Of a stretch of DNA of 64,000 bases, positions 49,491 to 64,000 are shown piece after piece. The notes under the pieces were generated by a model that saw only the letters and a program-made list of their open reading frames with translations, had not been told where the DNA came from and did no database searches. The position numbers were made by a program, and so were the translations under genes. Position 1 is the stretch's first letter, and every line of letters begins with the position of its first letter. This DNA is from Octopus vulgaris (lineage: Eukaryota), in the NCBI GenBank assembly GCA_951406725.2, contig OX597824.1:68448001-68512000 (forward strand), given 5' to 3'.

Positions 49491-50007
49491 ATCTATCTAT
49501 CTATCTATCTATCTGTCTGTCTATTTTCCCCATCTCCCATTCAACAAATCAAACCAAACAAGATTAAGTGCCACCATCCATTGTCCAGTTCATTTTCCTT
49601 GATTACATGATTTCCTGCCCATTACACAAACATACTAGAAGCCACCCTAGTCCACATTACTTTTAATCACAAATTATTACAAAGCTGCTAATCCCATTTT
49701 TGTTTTCTATTTTCAGATTCTTTTTTTTTTATATCCATAAATATGTCCTGTTATTTGTATGTTAAATACACATCTCACTTCTATTCAATCTGTTATTCAC
49801 TGGACTGGTTGTTGCATATGTTTACCTCTTTGTCTGTGTGACCCATTGTCTTTTTTTTATAGGACTATTCCGTCAGCATCTATCACCCTATGCAGTCATC
49901 TACCATATCTCTTTCTCTCTCTCTCTCCCCCTCTCTCTTTCTCTGTCTCTTTTTGTCTCCGTCTGTCTATCTGTGAGTCTATGTATGTATGTATGTATGT
50001 ATGTATG

Positions 50008-50046
<39 letters not shown>

Positions 50047-50660
50047 ATCTATCTACCTATACACACACACACACTTACACACACTTATATATATATATAT
50101 ATATCATCATCATCATCATCACATATATATATTTAAAAGCAACAGAAATTCAACAAAAGCTTTTGTTGAATTTCTGCTGCTTTTAAATAAAGCATATTAC
50201 TCTACCCCTGGTATTTGAGTACTCTTTTTTCCACCTTGTTTCACATTTATGTGTTTACTCCGGTATATATATGAGTAAAACGCCCTCAGTCCAATGGATG
50301 GTGCTGAGTTGTCAAACATTTAAACCAAATTTTCTCAAAACAACTTGACCGACCGTCCCATAGGCCACCCCTTTGAGAAACACTGATTTAACCTAAATTT
50401 GAGATACCAGCAAAAGAAGAAATAAAGATAGACTTTTTTTCTATTCCAAAGAAAAACGATTTTATTCACTTTATCGACCACATTCTCACCTGGAATCGAT
50501 TTTTGTAATTTTTTCAAGACTTATACATGCCTTGATACCATCGGTATCTACATATCAAATTTGAGCACAATCGGATGGAGGATGCCCAAGATCCTAGAAG
50601 ACACACACACACACAGACAGAATGGATTTTATGTTATATATATATATATATATATATATA

Positions 50661-50706
<46 letters not shown>

Positions 50707-50725
50707 GATAGACAGATAGATAGAG

Positions 50726-50769
<44 letters not shown>

Positions 50770-51552
50770 TGGCAGACAGACTGATAGATAGATAGATGAA
50801 TAAATGGATAAAAGTATTGTGTATGTCTTCAGTTTAAAGTAAAACTGTTTTTATTATAACTTGACATAAAAACAACACTTAATGTGTGTATATTTGTGTA
50901 TGTGTGTGGTGTGTGTGTGTGAATACCTAATCAATAAATCCATTGATGGTCCCTCTGCTTATATTTATTATCCATTTGAAGACTCCGTATATGTGTATAC
51001 ATGTCCTTCTATTTGTACATAGCTGCATTTACGCATGCACACACAGACACAAACGTATACACACAAACACACATACATATGCATACATGCACACACACAC
51101 ACACACACACATGCAGATGCACATACACAAATGCAAACATACACACATGCACACAAACACCCACCCACAAATGTGCATGCACACACACATACACACACAA
51201 ACACACATACAAATGAATGCACACAAACACATATACATAAGTACACATGCACATGCACACAGACACACAATCACACACACATGCATGCACACACATACGC
51301 ACACTCACACAAAAATGCACACATACACACATAAACATCCACCTACAAATGTGTGTGTGCACACATACACACATAAACACCCGCCTACAAATGCGTGCAC
51401 ACACACACACACACCATTATTTCATTTTATGAAGGTTCGTTGTGACAAAGCTCTATGTAGAAGTAATTTGATAACCAAGATTACAGAAGAAAAAAAAATT
51501 GATTCCTTCTTAGTCGTTTGCCATCTCTGGAATTTCTCATTTAAATTCAAGC

Positions 51553-51723
51553 AGGCATAGGAGTGGAGTGTGGTAAGTAGCTTGCTTACGAACTACATGA
51601 TTCCGGGTTCAGTCCTACTGCATGGCACCTTGGGCAAGTGTCTTCTACTATAGCCTCAGGCCGACCAAAGCCTTGTGAGCGGATTTGGTAGACAGAAACT
51701 GAAAGAAGTCTGTCGTATATATG

Positions 51724-51772
<49 letters not shown>

Positions 51773-51990
51773 ATCCTCCCAACATCACTTGTCAACCGTT
51801 GCTGGTGTGTTTACGTCCCCGTAACTGGTGTGTTTATGTCCCTGTAACTTAGCAGTTTGGCAAAAGAGACTGAGAGAATAAGTACTAGGCTTACAAAGAA
51901 TAAGTCCTGGGGTCGATTTGCTCGACTAAAGGCGGTGCTCCAGCATGGCCACAGTCAAATGACTGAAACAAGCAAAAGAGTAAAAAGAGA
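51553..51990 (+). mobile_element. SINE family B, full length
   Basis: Colinear with consensus; small internal duplication at 51803-51848. Confidence 0.85.
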
Positions 51991-52002
51991 TTATTCTTTT
52001 AA

Positions 52003-52223
52003 CCCTTTAGTGTTCACATTATTCTGCCAAAATTAATGCTTCTTTATCCACAGTGTTTTGAACTAATCATGCGTAATCTTGTAGCTATGAGATTTTGATG
52101 AGGTAGCTGTTCATTTTTAAGATGATATTGTAGGATTGGTGTGAGAGACCAGATCTGGCTAGTTTGAACATAAAACAGGTAGAATACTTTTGGCCGGATA
52201 TGGCCGGTTTAAATGCTAAAGGG
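52003..52223. mobile_element. piggyBac-like MITE
   Basis: TTAA|CCCTTTAG ... CTAAAGGG|TTAA. Confidence 0.75.
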
Positions 52224-52329
52224 TTAAAGAATCATTTCATTGTTTGAAGAAAAGAATGCAATAATTCAGTCACAATTGGCTTCCAATTGGCTTCCATATT
52301 GTACAACTTGCGTAGCAAGTAATTTGCAA

Positions 52330-52683
52330 TCATATTTGATGGCCTATAAGATGCACCCTAGCCTAGGCTATGCTTTTGTAAAATAATTTACCACTAAAAT
52401 AATATTTTAATTCCTCCACTTACCTGTATAACCTTATATTATTACTGGTAATTATAAGCAATTTATGGCAACTACATTTGATAAAAACATACTGTAGGCG
52501 ATTGTCCACCAACAGATGGACAATCGCCTACAGTAGGCTATGTTTTGTAAACATACCTCTGATGTATAATTTCAGCCAACAGTCACGCATTTTGTGTCTA
52601 CATTGAGTGCATTGGATGTAGGGTGATTTTTTAAAGCCATTTTAGGGTAAAAAAAGGTGCAACTTATAGACCATCAAATACGG
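52330..52683. mobile_element. Tc1/pogo-like MITE with internal hairpin
   Basis: TIRs ATATTTGATGGCCTATAAG / CTTATAGACCATCAAATAC; internal 17-bp stem CTGTAGGCGATTGTCCA..TGGACAATCGCCTACAG. Confidence 0.65.
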
Positions 52684-54109
52684 TAATTTTAAAAATTTGT
52701 TTCAGTACTCAGGTTATCTCATCATATCACATGAGCAATAGCAATAGCTGCTAAATATCAATAGTGTAGAAGGTACAGGCAAAAAAAAAAGTGATGTGGT
52801 GAAATCATTAATATTTGTAGGCACAGGTGTGGCTGTATGTTAAGAAGTTAGCTTCCAGGTTCAGTCCCACAGTCTGGCACCTTGGGCAAGAGTTTTCTAT
52901 TATAGCATTGGACCAACCAAACCATCGTGAGTGTGGTAGACTAAAACTGAAAGAAGTCCATTGTGTTTGTGTGTGTGTGTGTGTGTTTGTATGTGTGTGT
53001 GCATGCATCTTTGTGTCTGTGTTTGTCCCTCACTGCTACTTGACACCCAGTGATGGTTTGTTTTACATCCCCATAACTTAGCAGTTTGGCAAAAGGGATC
53101 GATAGAATAAGTACCAGGCTTTGAATAAGTATTGGGGTTGATTTATTCAACTAAAAATTCCTTCAAGGCGATGCCCCAGCATGGCCACTGTCTACTTTAA
53201 AAAAACTAAGTTAATGAAACAACCTGACAATCTGATACTATGCAATGTGGTCTCAAAGCAAACAGACACTGGATATTTGCCAGGAGGTATTACAGATCTA
53301 GGGGGCCCAGTTCTGGTCCAAGACCCAAATTCTGATCTCTGTATATTACGGCTTGTTGCCAATGAATAAATACCATATGGCCCAGTGCATCATTTTGCCT
53401 GGGAACTTATAATGCTGATATCCCAGTCCTATTGCTATGCAAAATTCAAATGAGCATAACACTTCTTAAGTAGCATCCACACAATAAAATCATGAAAAAT
53501 ACAGCAAAATTTCTAAGCTTTCTAAAAATGAAATGTCACAGTGTTACAGACCTGTCTCGCTAGCCAACATCCAGTAAAATTGTTAAATTCATTGAATTAT
53601 TTGACACAAAGTGAAGCCAAAGAACCATACTAATGTTTGATGCTTCAAAATTATGGTTTAAAAAATTCTAGAATTAGTCTAACATCTATATCCTTTAAGT
53701 AACATAAGAGTAAACAAGTGCTGATATCTTAGATACATCAGAATTTCCAGAATTATTGAAAGATATTTATAGAAAGAGATAAATATCCATTATCTCTGGT
53801 TCTTAATATCAACAATGTGAGATGTTTTGGAAATGTTTACTCTCAAATGAGCAAAAAAAAAAACAAAAAAAAAAACAAGAAACCAGCTATAAATCTGTAG
53901 AAGATTATCTTACATTGTTATTAGGAGCAATACTACAGGAGACCAAAAACTTAAGTTAGTACTTGCTTACCATCCTGAGGTGGCACCAAATATAGTCTAA
54001 ATGCTGCATGGAAATGTAAGAGAAAAGTCTTGGTTACACAGGCTCTTTTTGTACTGGATGGTTCATTGACTAGCGTCTTGACATCAAATGTTACTATGAG
54101 GAAAATATT

Positions 54110-54449
54110 AACACCTTATGAGAGCTCAAAATCTCTCGTGGAAGCATCATCCAACCAAAATGCAAATATATGGGAAACTACCACTTGTGTCATCTCTTGT
54201 GAAGGATAGGAGAGTCCAGTTTGCTGGACATTGTTGTAGAGCTGAAACCGAGGCAATTTCTACTCTTCTCTTCTGGAAGCCATCTACTCGCAATACCAGA
54301 GGGCGCACACTCTCCTCCCTGATGTAATCTCCAGGGATACAGGCATCCAGCAACAGGACCTCCGTAATGCTATGATGGACTGTGAAGTCTGGCGTAGCAT
54401 GGTAAATTCCATTGTCTCGACCACGGTCAAACAATGATGATGATGATGA
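54110..54449 (+). mobile_element. RTE-clade LINE 3' end with (GAT)n tail
   Basis: SWKHHPT..RRVQFAGHCCR..AMMDCEVWR followed by TGATGATGATGA. Confidence 0.8.
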
Positions 54450-55576
54450 ACATCTTAGGCACTTCTTGAGATGAATGTCACTGGTTGTCTTTCAAACCTT
54501 GATTCATTTTAAATATATGGACCTCATGAAATCATTTAAATTCCACCAAACACAACTTCACCACTAAAGCTAAAAGTTCAAGTTGTCTTTTCTAGAAAAG
54601 ACTTGGAAACAGCTTACTTGAGTAAGTACTGTTAATAGAAGTCTCTGCATACTGAACACTAATAGTGTTCAGATACCATGAAGAGAGAATGTGCACCACC
54701 TCAGGGCCTTCCTCTCAATGGCTTTACAGCACACCAGATACCCCCAAGCTGAAGTGAGGCCCTCAGCTACCGAATCAACTGACTAGCATTTGATCTTAAA
54801 TCTATCTTGGATCATCTGCACCATTCAGAACGCAAAGGGCAAGAATACAAAGGGCCAGAATGTAATGGGCCAGAACATGTACTACAAGACATCTTGACCA
54901 ACCCTCTAACGGTTCTGTTAATCCACTGACCTAGCTCGTTACTTCTTTTTAATCGACACCTAAAGGATGGAAAGCGACATTGGCCTCAGTGTGATTTGAA
55001 CTTATGAGCGCAGAGAGTCAGAATAAATATCGTGGGGCAATGAATACAAAACTCTTACAACTCTATCAATTTGCAGCTTTTATGCACACACACACACACA
55101 CACACACACACGACTAGGAAAGCATCACAGAAAAGCATAAGCTCAAATTTTTTTTGGGAGCTATTGCGTTTTTGGATAAGGTGTACAATAAACATACATG
55201 TACACAAGCATACATATATGCATACATATACAACAACACACGCACTCCCATATATACATACACAGACATGCACAGGCACATACATGTGGCTAAGAGACTA
55301 ATATGCACAAACATGAGTTCAAATTTTATTAGAGCTATTGTGTGTTTGGACAAGATGTACAATATACATACATATACATCCATATACACACATATACACA
55401 TGCATAGCCATATATACACATATACACAACCACACTATTGTGTATCTGGACAAGATGTACAATATACATATATGTATACACACATATACACATGCATAGA
55501 CATATATACACACCTACACATACACACAATCACACACACACACACACACATATGCACCCACCCACCCACACACACG

Positions 55577-55632
<56 letters not shown>

Positions 55633-56057
55633 GCTAAGAAGCTACGAGTTCAAATTTTATTAGAGCTATTGTGTCTTTGGATAAGGTGTACAATAATATT
55701 TTTTTTTTGCTATGTTTAACCTTTGCAAATAAAAACGTAAATTATACACACACACATACACACAACACACACATACACACAACACACACATTTGCACCTA
55801 TATCTATCTATATTGCAATCTATCTACCTTTCTCTCCGTTTTGCCTCCCATTCAACAAATCTAACTGGGGAAAAAAATCTAGGTGCCTCAATTCACATCA
55901 ATTTGCTTGCTTGATTGTTTGGCCTGCCTGTCTACTTGTCTGACCACTACGCTTGTATCTTAGAAACTACTAAAGCTAAGAAGTTCACATTTTTTTTTCT
56001 TTTTGCTAAAATCTGAGACTGTCATGTTATTTTTTTTTTGCTTTCTGTGCTTAAGGT

Positions 56058-56104
<47 letters not shown>

Positions 56105-56685
56105 GTATATGATTTCTATGTAGTTATTTCCATGTTAAATACACATCTCAACTCTATTCAGAATATATACATCGTTTACTGGACGACCTACTGCTTCTGT
56201 TTATCTTCTTATCTGTGTGACTCTGTCTACTTCTCTTCATAGTCAGTCTATTTAGACACACACACACACAGATGTACAGGCACAGACACACACATGCACT
56301 CACATGGAAACATACACATATTCTCACAAACACACACACACGCGCATATATATAAAGACAATTGCACCAATCAATTAATTATTAAGCAATCAATTTATTG
56401 ATTCATACATCTGTCTGTTGGTTTCTTTGTTGTATTACTATCCACATAGAGTGTGAGCATGCATGTAATTATGTATGTGTGTATATGTATGTATGTATGT
56501 GTGTGTGTGTGTGTGTATGTATATATACATACATATGAACATTACATACATGCACATGCGCACACAAACATACACATAAATGTATGTACTCACATATATA
56601 TATATATATATGTATGAGTGCATATATATACTGTTGGGACAAACAGGAGGAATAGAACTTAATACACAAGAGTATATATATGTGC

Positions 56686-56726
<41 letters not shown>

Positions 56727-59700
56727 ATTCAGCTGGTAACTGATGCAACTTTGCAGCTGAATAGACTCTCTCTCTCTTTCTGTAGGCATACACACACACA
56801 CACACACACACAAATATATGTATGTATATGATGATATATATATATGCCAGCATGGAAAGTGGACGTTAAATGATGATGATGATGTATGTATGTATAAATG
56901 TATGTATGTATGTATGTATGTATGTATATGTACATATGGCTGCTTTTAGGCAAGCAAGCAAATGCAGCAGCAGCAGCAGCAGTAGCAGTAGTAGTAGTAG
57001 TAGTAGTAGTAGTTTTGGTGGTATTAGTATGCTCTAATTAGTCCATTGGGAGCAATTTCTTAAAACAAGCACAACACCAACATAAATTAGTAATAAAAAT
57101 GAAAAAAAAAAGGAAAAATGTTTATATCTAAATATGATCAACCCACAGATAGCTGAAAAGAAAATTGAAACCTTGGCAGGATTTGAACTCACAATACAAA
57201 TAAGTACATTGAAATACAGGAGCTGTCAGACATAGTTCGGTGGTACCTTGTACAGACTGGTACCTTGTACAGTACAATATTAATAAGCTTGTATCATTTG
57301 TACTAGGCACAAGAGTAGCTGAATGGTAAAAAGCTGCTTCCCAACCACATGGGTCCAGGTTCAGTCCCGCTGCATGACACCTTGGGCAAGTGCGTTCTAC
57401 TAGAGCTTTGGGTTGACTAAAGTCTTGTGAGTGGATTTGGTAGATGGAAAGTGAAAAAAGCCCATCGTATATTTATGTGTGTGTGTGTTTGTCTCCCACC
57501 ACCGATTGAAAACTGGTGTTGGTGTGTTTATGTCCCTGTAACTTAGTAGTTAGGCAAAGAGACTGATAGAATAAGTACCAGGCTTAAAAAATAGAAAGTA
57601 CTAGATTTGATTCATTCGACTAAAATTTTTCAAGGTGGTGCCCCAGCATAGCTGCAGTCTAATGATTGAAACAGGTAAAAGAATAAAATTATACTAATGG
57701 ACAGGTACCTGTATTTCATTTTAATAACTGAAGTAAATTTAAGGAGGAGATCTGGCAGAATTGTTAGCATACTGGAAAAAATGCTTAGCAGCATTTTGTC
57801 CATCTCTATGTTCTGAGTTCAAATTCCAGTAAATTCAATTTTGCCTTTCATCTTTCAGGGTCTGCAAAGTAAGTACCAGTTGAGTACTGGGGTTGATGTA
57901 ATTGACTTATCCCCTGTTCCAAAACTGCAGACAATGTACCAAAATTTGAAATCAATTATTTAAGTAAATTAAATATCTAATTTAGAGTTTGTTGACCATG
58001 GTAACCACACTTGGTTTGAGAAAATCAATAATGTGGAAAGACTTCGGAACAAAATGTTCCAGAAAATATGAGAGAGTGCTAAAAAGGTCTGAGCTTTGGG
58101 TAACAGAAAATGCAAGCGGATCAGTTAATTATGACTGTATTCAACATATTCCACTCTCAGATTCACACACCTATTTCAGTGGTCCTTCAGTTTTTCTATG
58201 CCCTGCAAAAGAGCTCAAAAGGTTGGGCCTCCAGCCAGGCCAGTTGCAATAGCATTAACACCAGGAACTTTTCAGCACACAATCATAAATATTGTTCTTA
58301 TACCCTAAATCACCTAACCAACCTCTTTTGACACCCCAAGGCATTACATTAGTTCCACTCTGCTGAATGGAACCTTGAGAAACTAGCAAACCAATTTTTT
58401 ATCTCTTATCACTTTTCAGATTCCTCTCCAAACTAAAAGATTAATGTTTTCCTTGTGCTGGTTTTTTTTCCAGTTTTTGGTCGAAGGAAACATTTGAAAT
58501 ACAATAAAACTTCCAATTCCACTTAGGGAAGTAGATTGACAGAATCAGTGGACTATCTGATAAAATGCAATGTATTATTAAGCCACAGATGTGGTCTTGT
58601 GGTAAGAAGTTTCATTCTCAACTCAGATTCAGCTCCAGTGCATGACACGTTTGGTAAGTGTCTTCTACCATAACCCTGGTCCAATCAAAGACTTGTGAAT
58701 GCATTTGACAGACAGAAACTGAAAGAAGCCTATTGTATATGTGTATATATGCATGTATGTCTGTCTGTCTGTCTGTGTGTATGTATGTATGTAGGCGCAG
58801 GCATGGCTGTGTGGTTGAAAGCTTGCTTCCTAACCAAACCACATGGTTCCAGGTTCAGTCCCACTGCTTGGCATCTTGGGCAAATATCTTCTACTATAGC
58901 CTTGGACTGACCAAAGCCTTGTGAGTGGATTTGGTGGGTGGAAACTGAAAGAATCCTGTAATATATATATATATATATATATATGTATATCTTTGTGTGT
59001 TTGTGTTTGTTCCCCCACAATCACTTGACAACCATGTTGGTGTGTTTACATCGCTGTAACTTAGCGGTTTGGCAAAACAGACCGGTGGAATAAGAACTAG
59101 GCTTACAAAAGAGGTTGATTTATTCGACTAAAAAGCAGTGCTCCAGTATGGCCGCAGTCAAATGACTGAAACAAATAAAAGAATGTTTATATGGTCACAG
59201 TTTGGAGTAGTCACAATGGAAATATGCTTTCTTGTAACTGTAAGGGTTTTTAACTCTTATTACTAGCAATATAGGTGCCACCTGACACCCTCAGTCCCAA
59301 TCAATGGATGTTGATGGTGATGAGGAGGAGTATGAGGAGGTATTTAGATCCATTTCCTCATCTTCTTAGATTCCTACAGGACAGGGTCCTTGTCTTTGAT
59401 CCTTTCATTTACAATAAAATAAATACCAGTTATATTATCAGGTTTATTGAAATCCATCCTTCCCTCCTACTCACAACAAGCCTTCTTAGAAATAAAGATC
59501 ATAACACACATACACACACATGTGCGCACACACACACACACCTACACACACACTGTCTTGTATTTTCATACTTTCTGTCTGTCTTTTATTTTCCCCCTCT
59601 GTATGTATGGTAGGATGTACAATATATTCTTTCCTAATCTAGGCATAAATTTTGGGGGTGGGGGCCAGTTGATTAGATCAATCCCAGTACGTAACTGGTA

Positions 59701-60531
59701 CTTAATTTATCAACCCTGAATGGATGAAAGGCAAAGTCGACCTTGGCAGAATTTGAACTCAGAACGTAAAGACAAGATATACAATATATTTGCATGAATG
59801 AATGTATATATATATATGCCTGTATGAATATATAAATATATGAATGTATGTAAGTATACATGTGTGTGTGGTGTGTGCGTGTGTGTGTATTTTTGCGTGA
59901 GTTTCTACATTCCACATGCAGTAAGCTGGGCAACTATATATGGGCTCCTTCAAGTTGAACATCAATACTAGCTCACTGGCTGGATGCCCTTCCTAACACC
60001 AATAACTTTACGGAGAATATTGGATGCTTTTTCATGTGACACCAGCACCTTTGAGATCACATAATAATTTACGAGACCAGATCCTTTAAATGAGTGTAGT
60101 GGGTACTTATTATGTGCCAGTTGCGTAACACCGGCATTGGCCATAACTACAATCTCACTTGGCTTGACAGGTCTTCTCAAGCACAGTATATTGCCAAAGG
60201 TCTCAGTCACTTGTCACTGCCTCCATGAGGCCCAACGTTTGAAGGGTGCCTTTTACGTGCCACTTGCATGTGTGCCATTTGCATGACACTGGCATTGGCC
60301 ATACACACATGGTTAGACTCTTATTGATCCACTCTGATGAAAGAGGCTCTAGAGTTTACCAATGTTTGTTTGATTCCATTACTGGCAGCAAAGGTTTGAT
60401 CAGTTACATCTACTAACATTATGCAGTAAGTCTGAACACTCAGAAACAGCTGTTGGACTTGTAACACTTTCTGCCCGCTATGTAATCTGAGTAAATTTGC
60501 TCTATAAAAATATATATGTATTTATACTTGA

Positions 60532-60875
60532 CTAGCTGGACCCACGAAAACTTCATGGAAAACATAAAAAATGTAAGCCTCTGTAAACGGTGACTTCATT
60601 TAACAACTATCGAATAATAATGTATGAACAGGCTTTGGGAAATTGTACGAAATACAAAAAATGTAAGCATCTTTAGAGACCATGCCACCTTTCTTTCAGT
60701 CAGCGCTCACTCTCTCTCTTTCTCTCTCATTCCATCTCTGTCACTTCTCTTTGTAGCTTTGCCACTCACTTCTATTCTGCTCTGCTTAAACACTTTTTAT
60801 TTGTGTTTGCCTTTGTATCTCTCCCTTGAACTGTAGAAAAGTAACAGCAATATCGCCAGGTATTTGCTAAGAGAG

Positions 60876-60914
<39 letters not shown>

Positions 60915-61424
60915 GACAGACAGAATAAGTGCCAGATAAATAGATAGATGGATGGATGGGCAACATTTCTTTTGCAATTTCTATATTTTCAACTGCTTTA
61001 TCATTTATGGTCAAAAAACCAAAAAGTTTCCCAGTGTTTTCTCTATGATGATGTGAGAATGGTTTCATTCTCTTTCGCTATTATTCTCTATCCACTCCCT
61101 TCCTTCACTCAATGCATCTCTCTAACTCTCTGTCTCCCCCTCTCTCTCTTTCTCCCCTCCCCTTTCCCTCATCTATGTCTTCTTGCCTCTCACCCATCCT
61201 CCTGCATTTAACACATTACATTTGTCTTACCTGTCAGCTCTATGAATCTCCTCTCTCTCATCCCTTTTCTATCCCTCCTCTTTGTCGCCTTGCTTCTCAT
61301 TTCAACTATACTTCCTCTGCTTAATAACGAGTTTTATTTCTCTCTTTTTACCTCTTCCTTTGAAGTGAGTGTGACACACACCACCGATACATCCGTAAAA
61401 AAAAAAGCATATTAATAGTTAGGA
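60532..61424 (-). mobile_element. Non-autonomous Helitron (second family) with internal (CT)n-rich sequence
   Basis: Minus strand begins A|TCCTAACTATTAATATG and ends ...CCATGAAGTTTTCGTGGGTCCAGCTAG|T, with a subterminal hairpin. Confidence 0.65.
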
Positions 61425-61540
61425 TTGTTTATCATCTGAAAACATCTGAAAATTTTGAATCTGCTTTCTCTTATTACATGTATACATGTATATGTATTTT
61501 GCACATTAAAACCCAAGATTTTATTTGTTTATTTGAATCA

Positions 61541-61950
61541 TAGGCGCAGGAGTGGCTGTGTGGTAAGTAGCTTGTTTACGAACCACATGGTTCCGGGTTT
61601 AGTCCCACTGCGTGGCACCTTGGGCAAGTGTTTTCTACTATAGCCTTGGGCCGACCAAAGCCTTGTGAGTGGATTTGGTAGACGGAAACTGAAAGAAGCC
61701 CGTTGTATATATGTATATATATATATGTATGTGTGTGTGTTTGTGTGTCTGTTTGTCCCCCTAGCATTGATTGACAACCGATACTGGTGTGTTTATGTCC
61801 CCGTTACTTAGCGGTTCAGCAAAAGAGACTGATAGAATAAGTACTGGGCTTACAAAAGAATAAGTCCCGTGGTCGAGTTGCTCGATTAAAGGCGGTGCTC
61901 CAGCATGGCCGCAGTCAAATGACTGAAACAAGTAAAAGAATAAAAGAATA
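61541..61950 (+). mobile_element. SINE family B, full length, relatively young
   Basis: Colinear with consensus and still CpG-rich within CpG-poor surroundings. Confidence 0.85.
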
Positions 61951-63293
61951 AAAATTGTCTCCATATATACACAAAGATATACGTATATATGTGTGTATAT
62001 ATTTCGTTTTTGGATTTGATTTGCAAGATTCTTTATGTGAGTTCGTGTGTTGAAGCATATTCTGTTTGTGTCTGGGGAGAGTCATTTTCTTTTTGTGCCT
62101 TATAATTTAACACACACACCGGTAAAATTTCCACTTATTCCTTATTTTTATTTTCCTAAAATTTTCATTGTGTCTTGCAACCTTTTCAATAGTCTTGACT
62201 ATTGTGTGTATATACATATTTATGTATGCACGTAGGAATGTATAGGTGTGTGTGTGTGTGTGTGTGTATGTATTTGCATACACATCTGTATATATTTGTG
62301 TGTGTCTTGTGTTTGTAAGTATATATTCCTTTGTTTCTGCAAACACAAACCAGCTAAAAATCTCAAAACAATACAAGTATGGTGTCAACCAATGATTTCT
62401 CTTGAGAATTACTCCAACACCTAGTTGTCAATCAACCAGTCAGAGACAGTTATTGGCGCTTCTTGTGAAGAAACCCAGAAGTGCATCTCATTCAATATTC
62501 AATAGGGAAATTTGTGCTGTGCATGTACGTATTTGTGTGTTAGCATATGAATGTGCTAATATATGTATATGATGTGTATATGCTTGTGCGTTAGTATATG
62601 TATATGTTGTATATGTGTTTGTGTGTTAGCATATATATATGTGTTAGTATATATACAGTAATCATTCATCATATCACAATTCACTTATCATGCACTCAGT
62701 ACATCTTGGGTTCTTCTGATTAATATATGTAAATTTATATCACAGACTTCTCAGTATATCATGGGTTTCTGCAGCTAATAGGTATACAAAAACAGGACAA
62801 CAAAACATCCAGATAGACGATACAAAGAAAACAAGGACGGGTTATTCAAAGTCTTCTTTCCTCAGTCAAGTACCAGATTATCTTCACAATTTCGGCTGAT
62901 TATACTTGAGATTGCTCCAATCTGGCACCAGCTCAATTTAATTTGTCCTTAGTCGAAAGGCACCTGTTGTTATGTCCTGTTATTATTTTTATTGTATTTT
63001 TTTCCGTCCTTGTTTTTTTATACATTCTCTGCTTTCTTCCCAGGAATCTAATGCTCTTAGCTTAGTTTTTCCTTGGGGCTGGCCATATTGGAGCAATCTC
63101 AAGTAAAATCAGCTGAAATTGCAAAGATAATCTTGACTGAGGAAAGAAAACTTCGATGACCCGTCCTTGTTTTCTTTGTATCGTCTATCTGGATGTTTTG
63201 TTGTCCCACTTTTGTATCACCTAACTGTCTGGATGTATATATATATATTGTGGTGTACGTATATTTTGGTCTATCTATCTATCTATCTATCTA

Positions 63294-63339
<46 letters not shown>

Positions 63340-63525
63340 TTGTTGAAAAGCAGCAAAAATATCACAAAAACTGTTACTCAGAGTTTCACGTTCCCATTCG
63401 TTGGACAGTTTTGTTTGGAATGTTTTTGTAATATTTTTGCTGCTTTTCAATAAAGCATAATACTCTACCTCTGGTATTCAAGTACTATTTTTTTCTACCT
63501 TATTTCACATTTATATGCTTGCTCC

Positions 63526-63581
<56 letters not shown>

Positions 63582-64000
63582 TATATGCTAAGCTAAATGT
63601 TTTTTGGAATGGCCAATAACCTGTTTTAGAGAGCAAAGATGAAGAAAAATATATGGTATATGAAATACTGTACGAGATAAAGTCATGATTTACTGAAATC
63701 ATTTTTGCCTTGAGATAAGGTAAACAAACATAAACTGAAAAGAGCAGCTACAGCTTTAGATTTCTAAGATTAGTCCAGTTCTTGAATGAACTTAATCAGT
63801 GCTGGTATAGAGAATGCAATGAAATTCATTATAAATAATTTGCATGTATTATATAAAACCAGAAAGTTCAGCAATACCAGACCAATAATGGGCAAAATTA
63901 TGTGAGAGACAGGCTAACAGATGGGAAGAGAGAGGGGGTGGAGATAAGGGAGAGGTGTTGAAAAAGGTTGGTGTGAAAGAAAATGAGAAGCAAATACAGG

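Overview
Eukaryotic, AT-rich, repeat-saturated animal DNA. The SINE families and microsatellite load match my recollection of octopus (coleoid cephalopod) genomes; this is an inference. No host protein-coding exon is confidently supported, and nearly all short ORFs in the track are microsatellite or antisense artefacts. Main contents: (1) a near-complete ~6.2 kb Tx1/L1-clade non-LTR retrotransposon on the minus strand (ORF1 with a CCHC knuckle; ORF2 with APE endonuclease, RT and CCHC) inside a (GATA)n tract, next to a 5'-truncated relative in the same tract. Its 3' tail is shared with an abundant tRNA-derived SINE. (2) An R4/Dong-like RLE fragment within (CATA)n. (3) Many short, often palindromic elements in (TA)n/(CATA)n tracts carrying type I hammerhead ribozyme motifs, probably Penelope-like pLTR remnants. 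These include a 1.26 kb inverted repeat and non-canonical U3-A8 and A6U cores. (4) Three or more tRNA-derived SINE families, RTE fragments, non-autonomous Helitrons, mariner/pogo/piggyBac relics and TTAGGG-containing MITEs. (5) An NRF1+ETS+YY1 motif cluster at ~46.0 kb, near a switch from CpG-retaining to CpG-depleted sequence, suggesting the start of a gene-body-methylated transcription unit.
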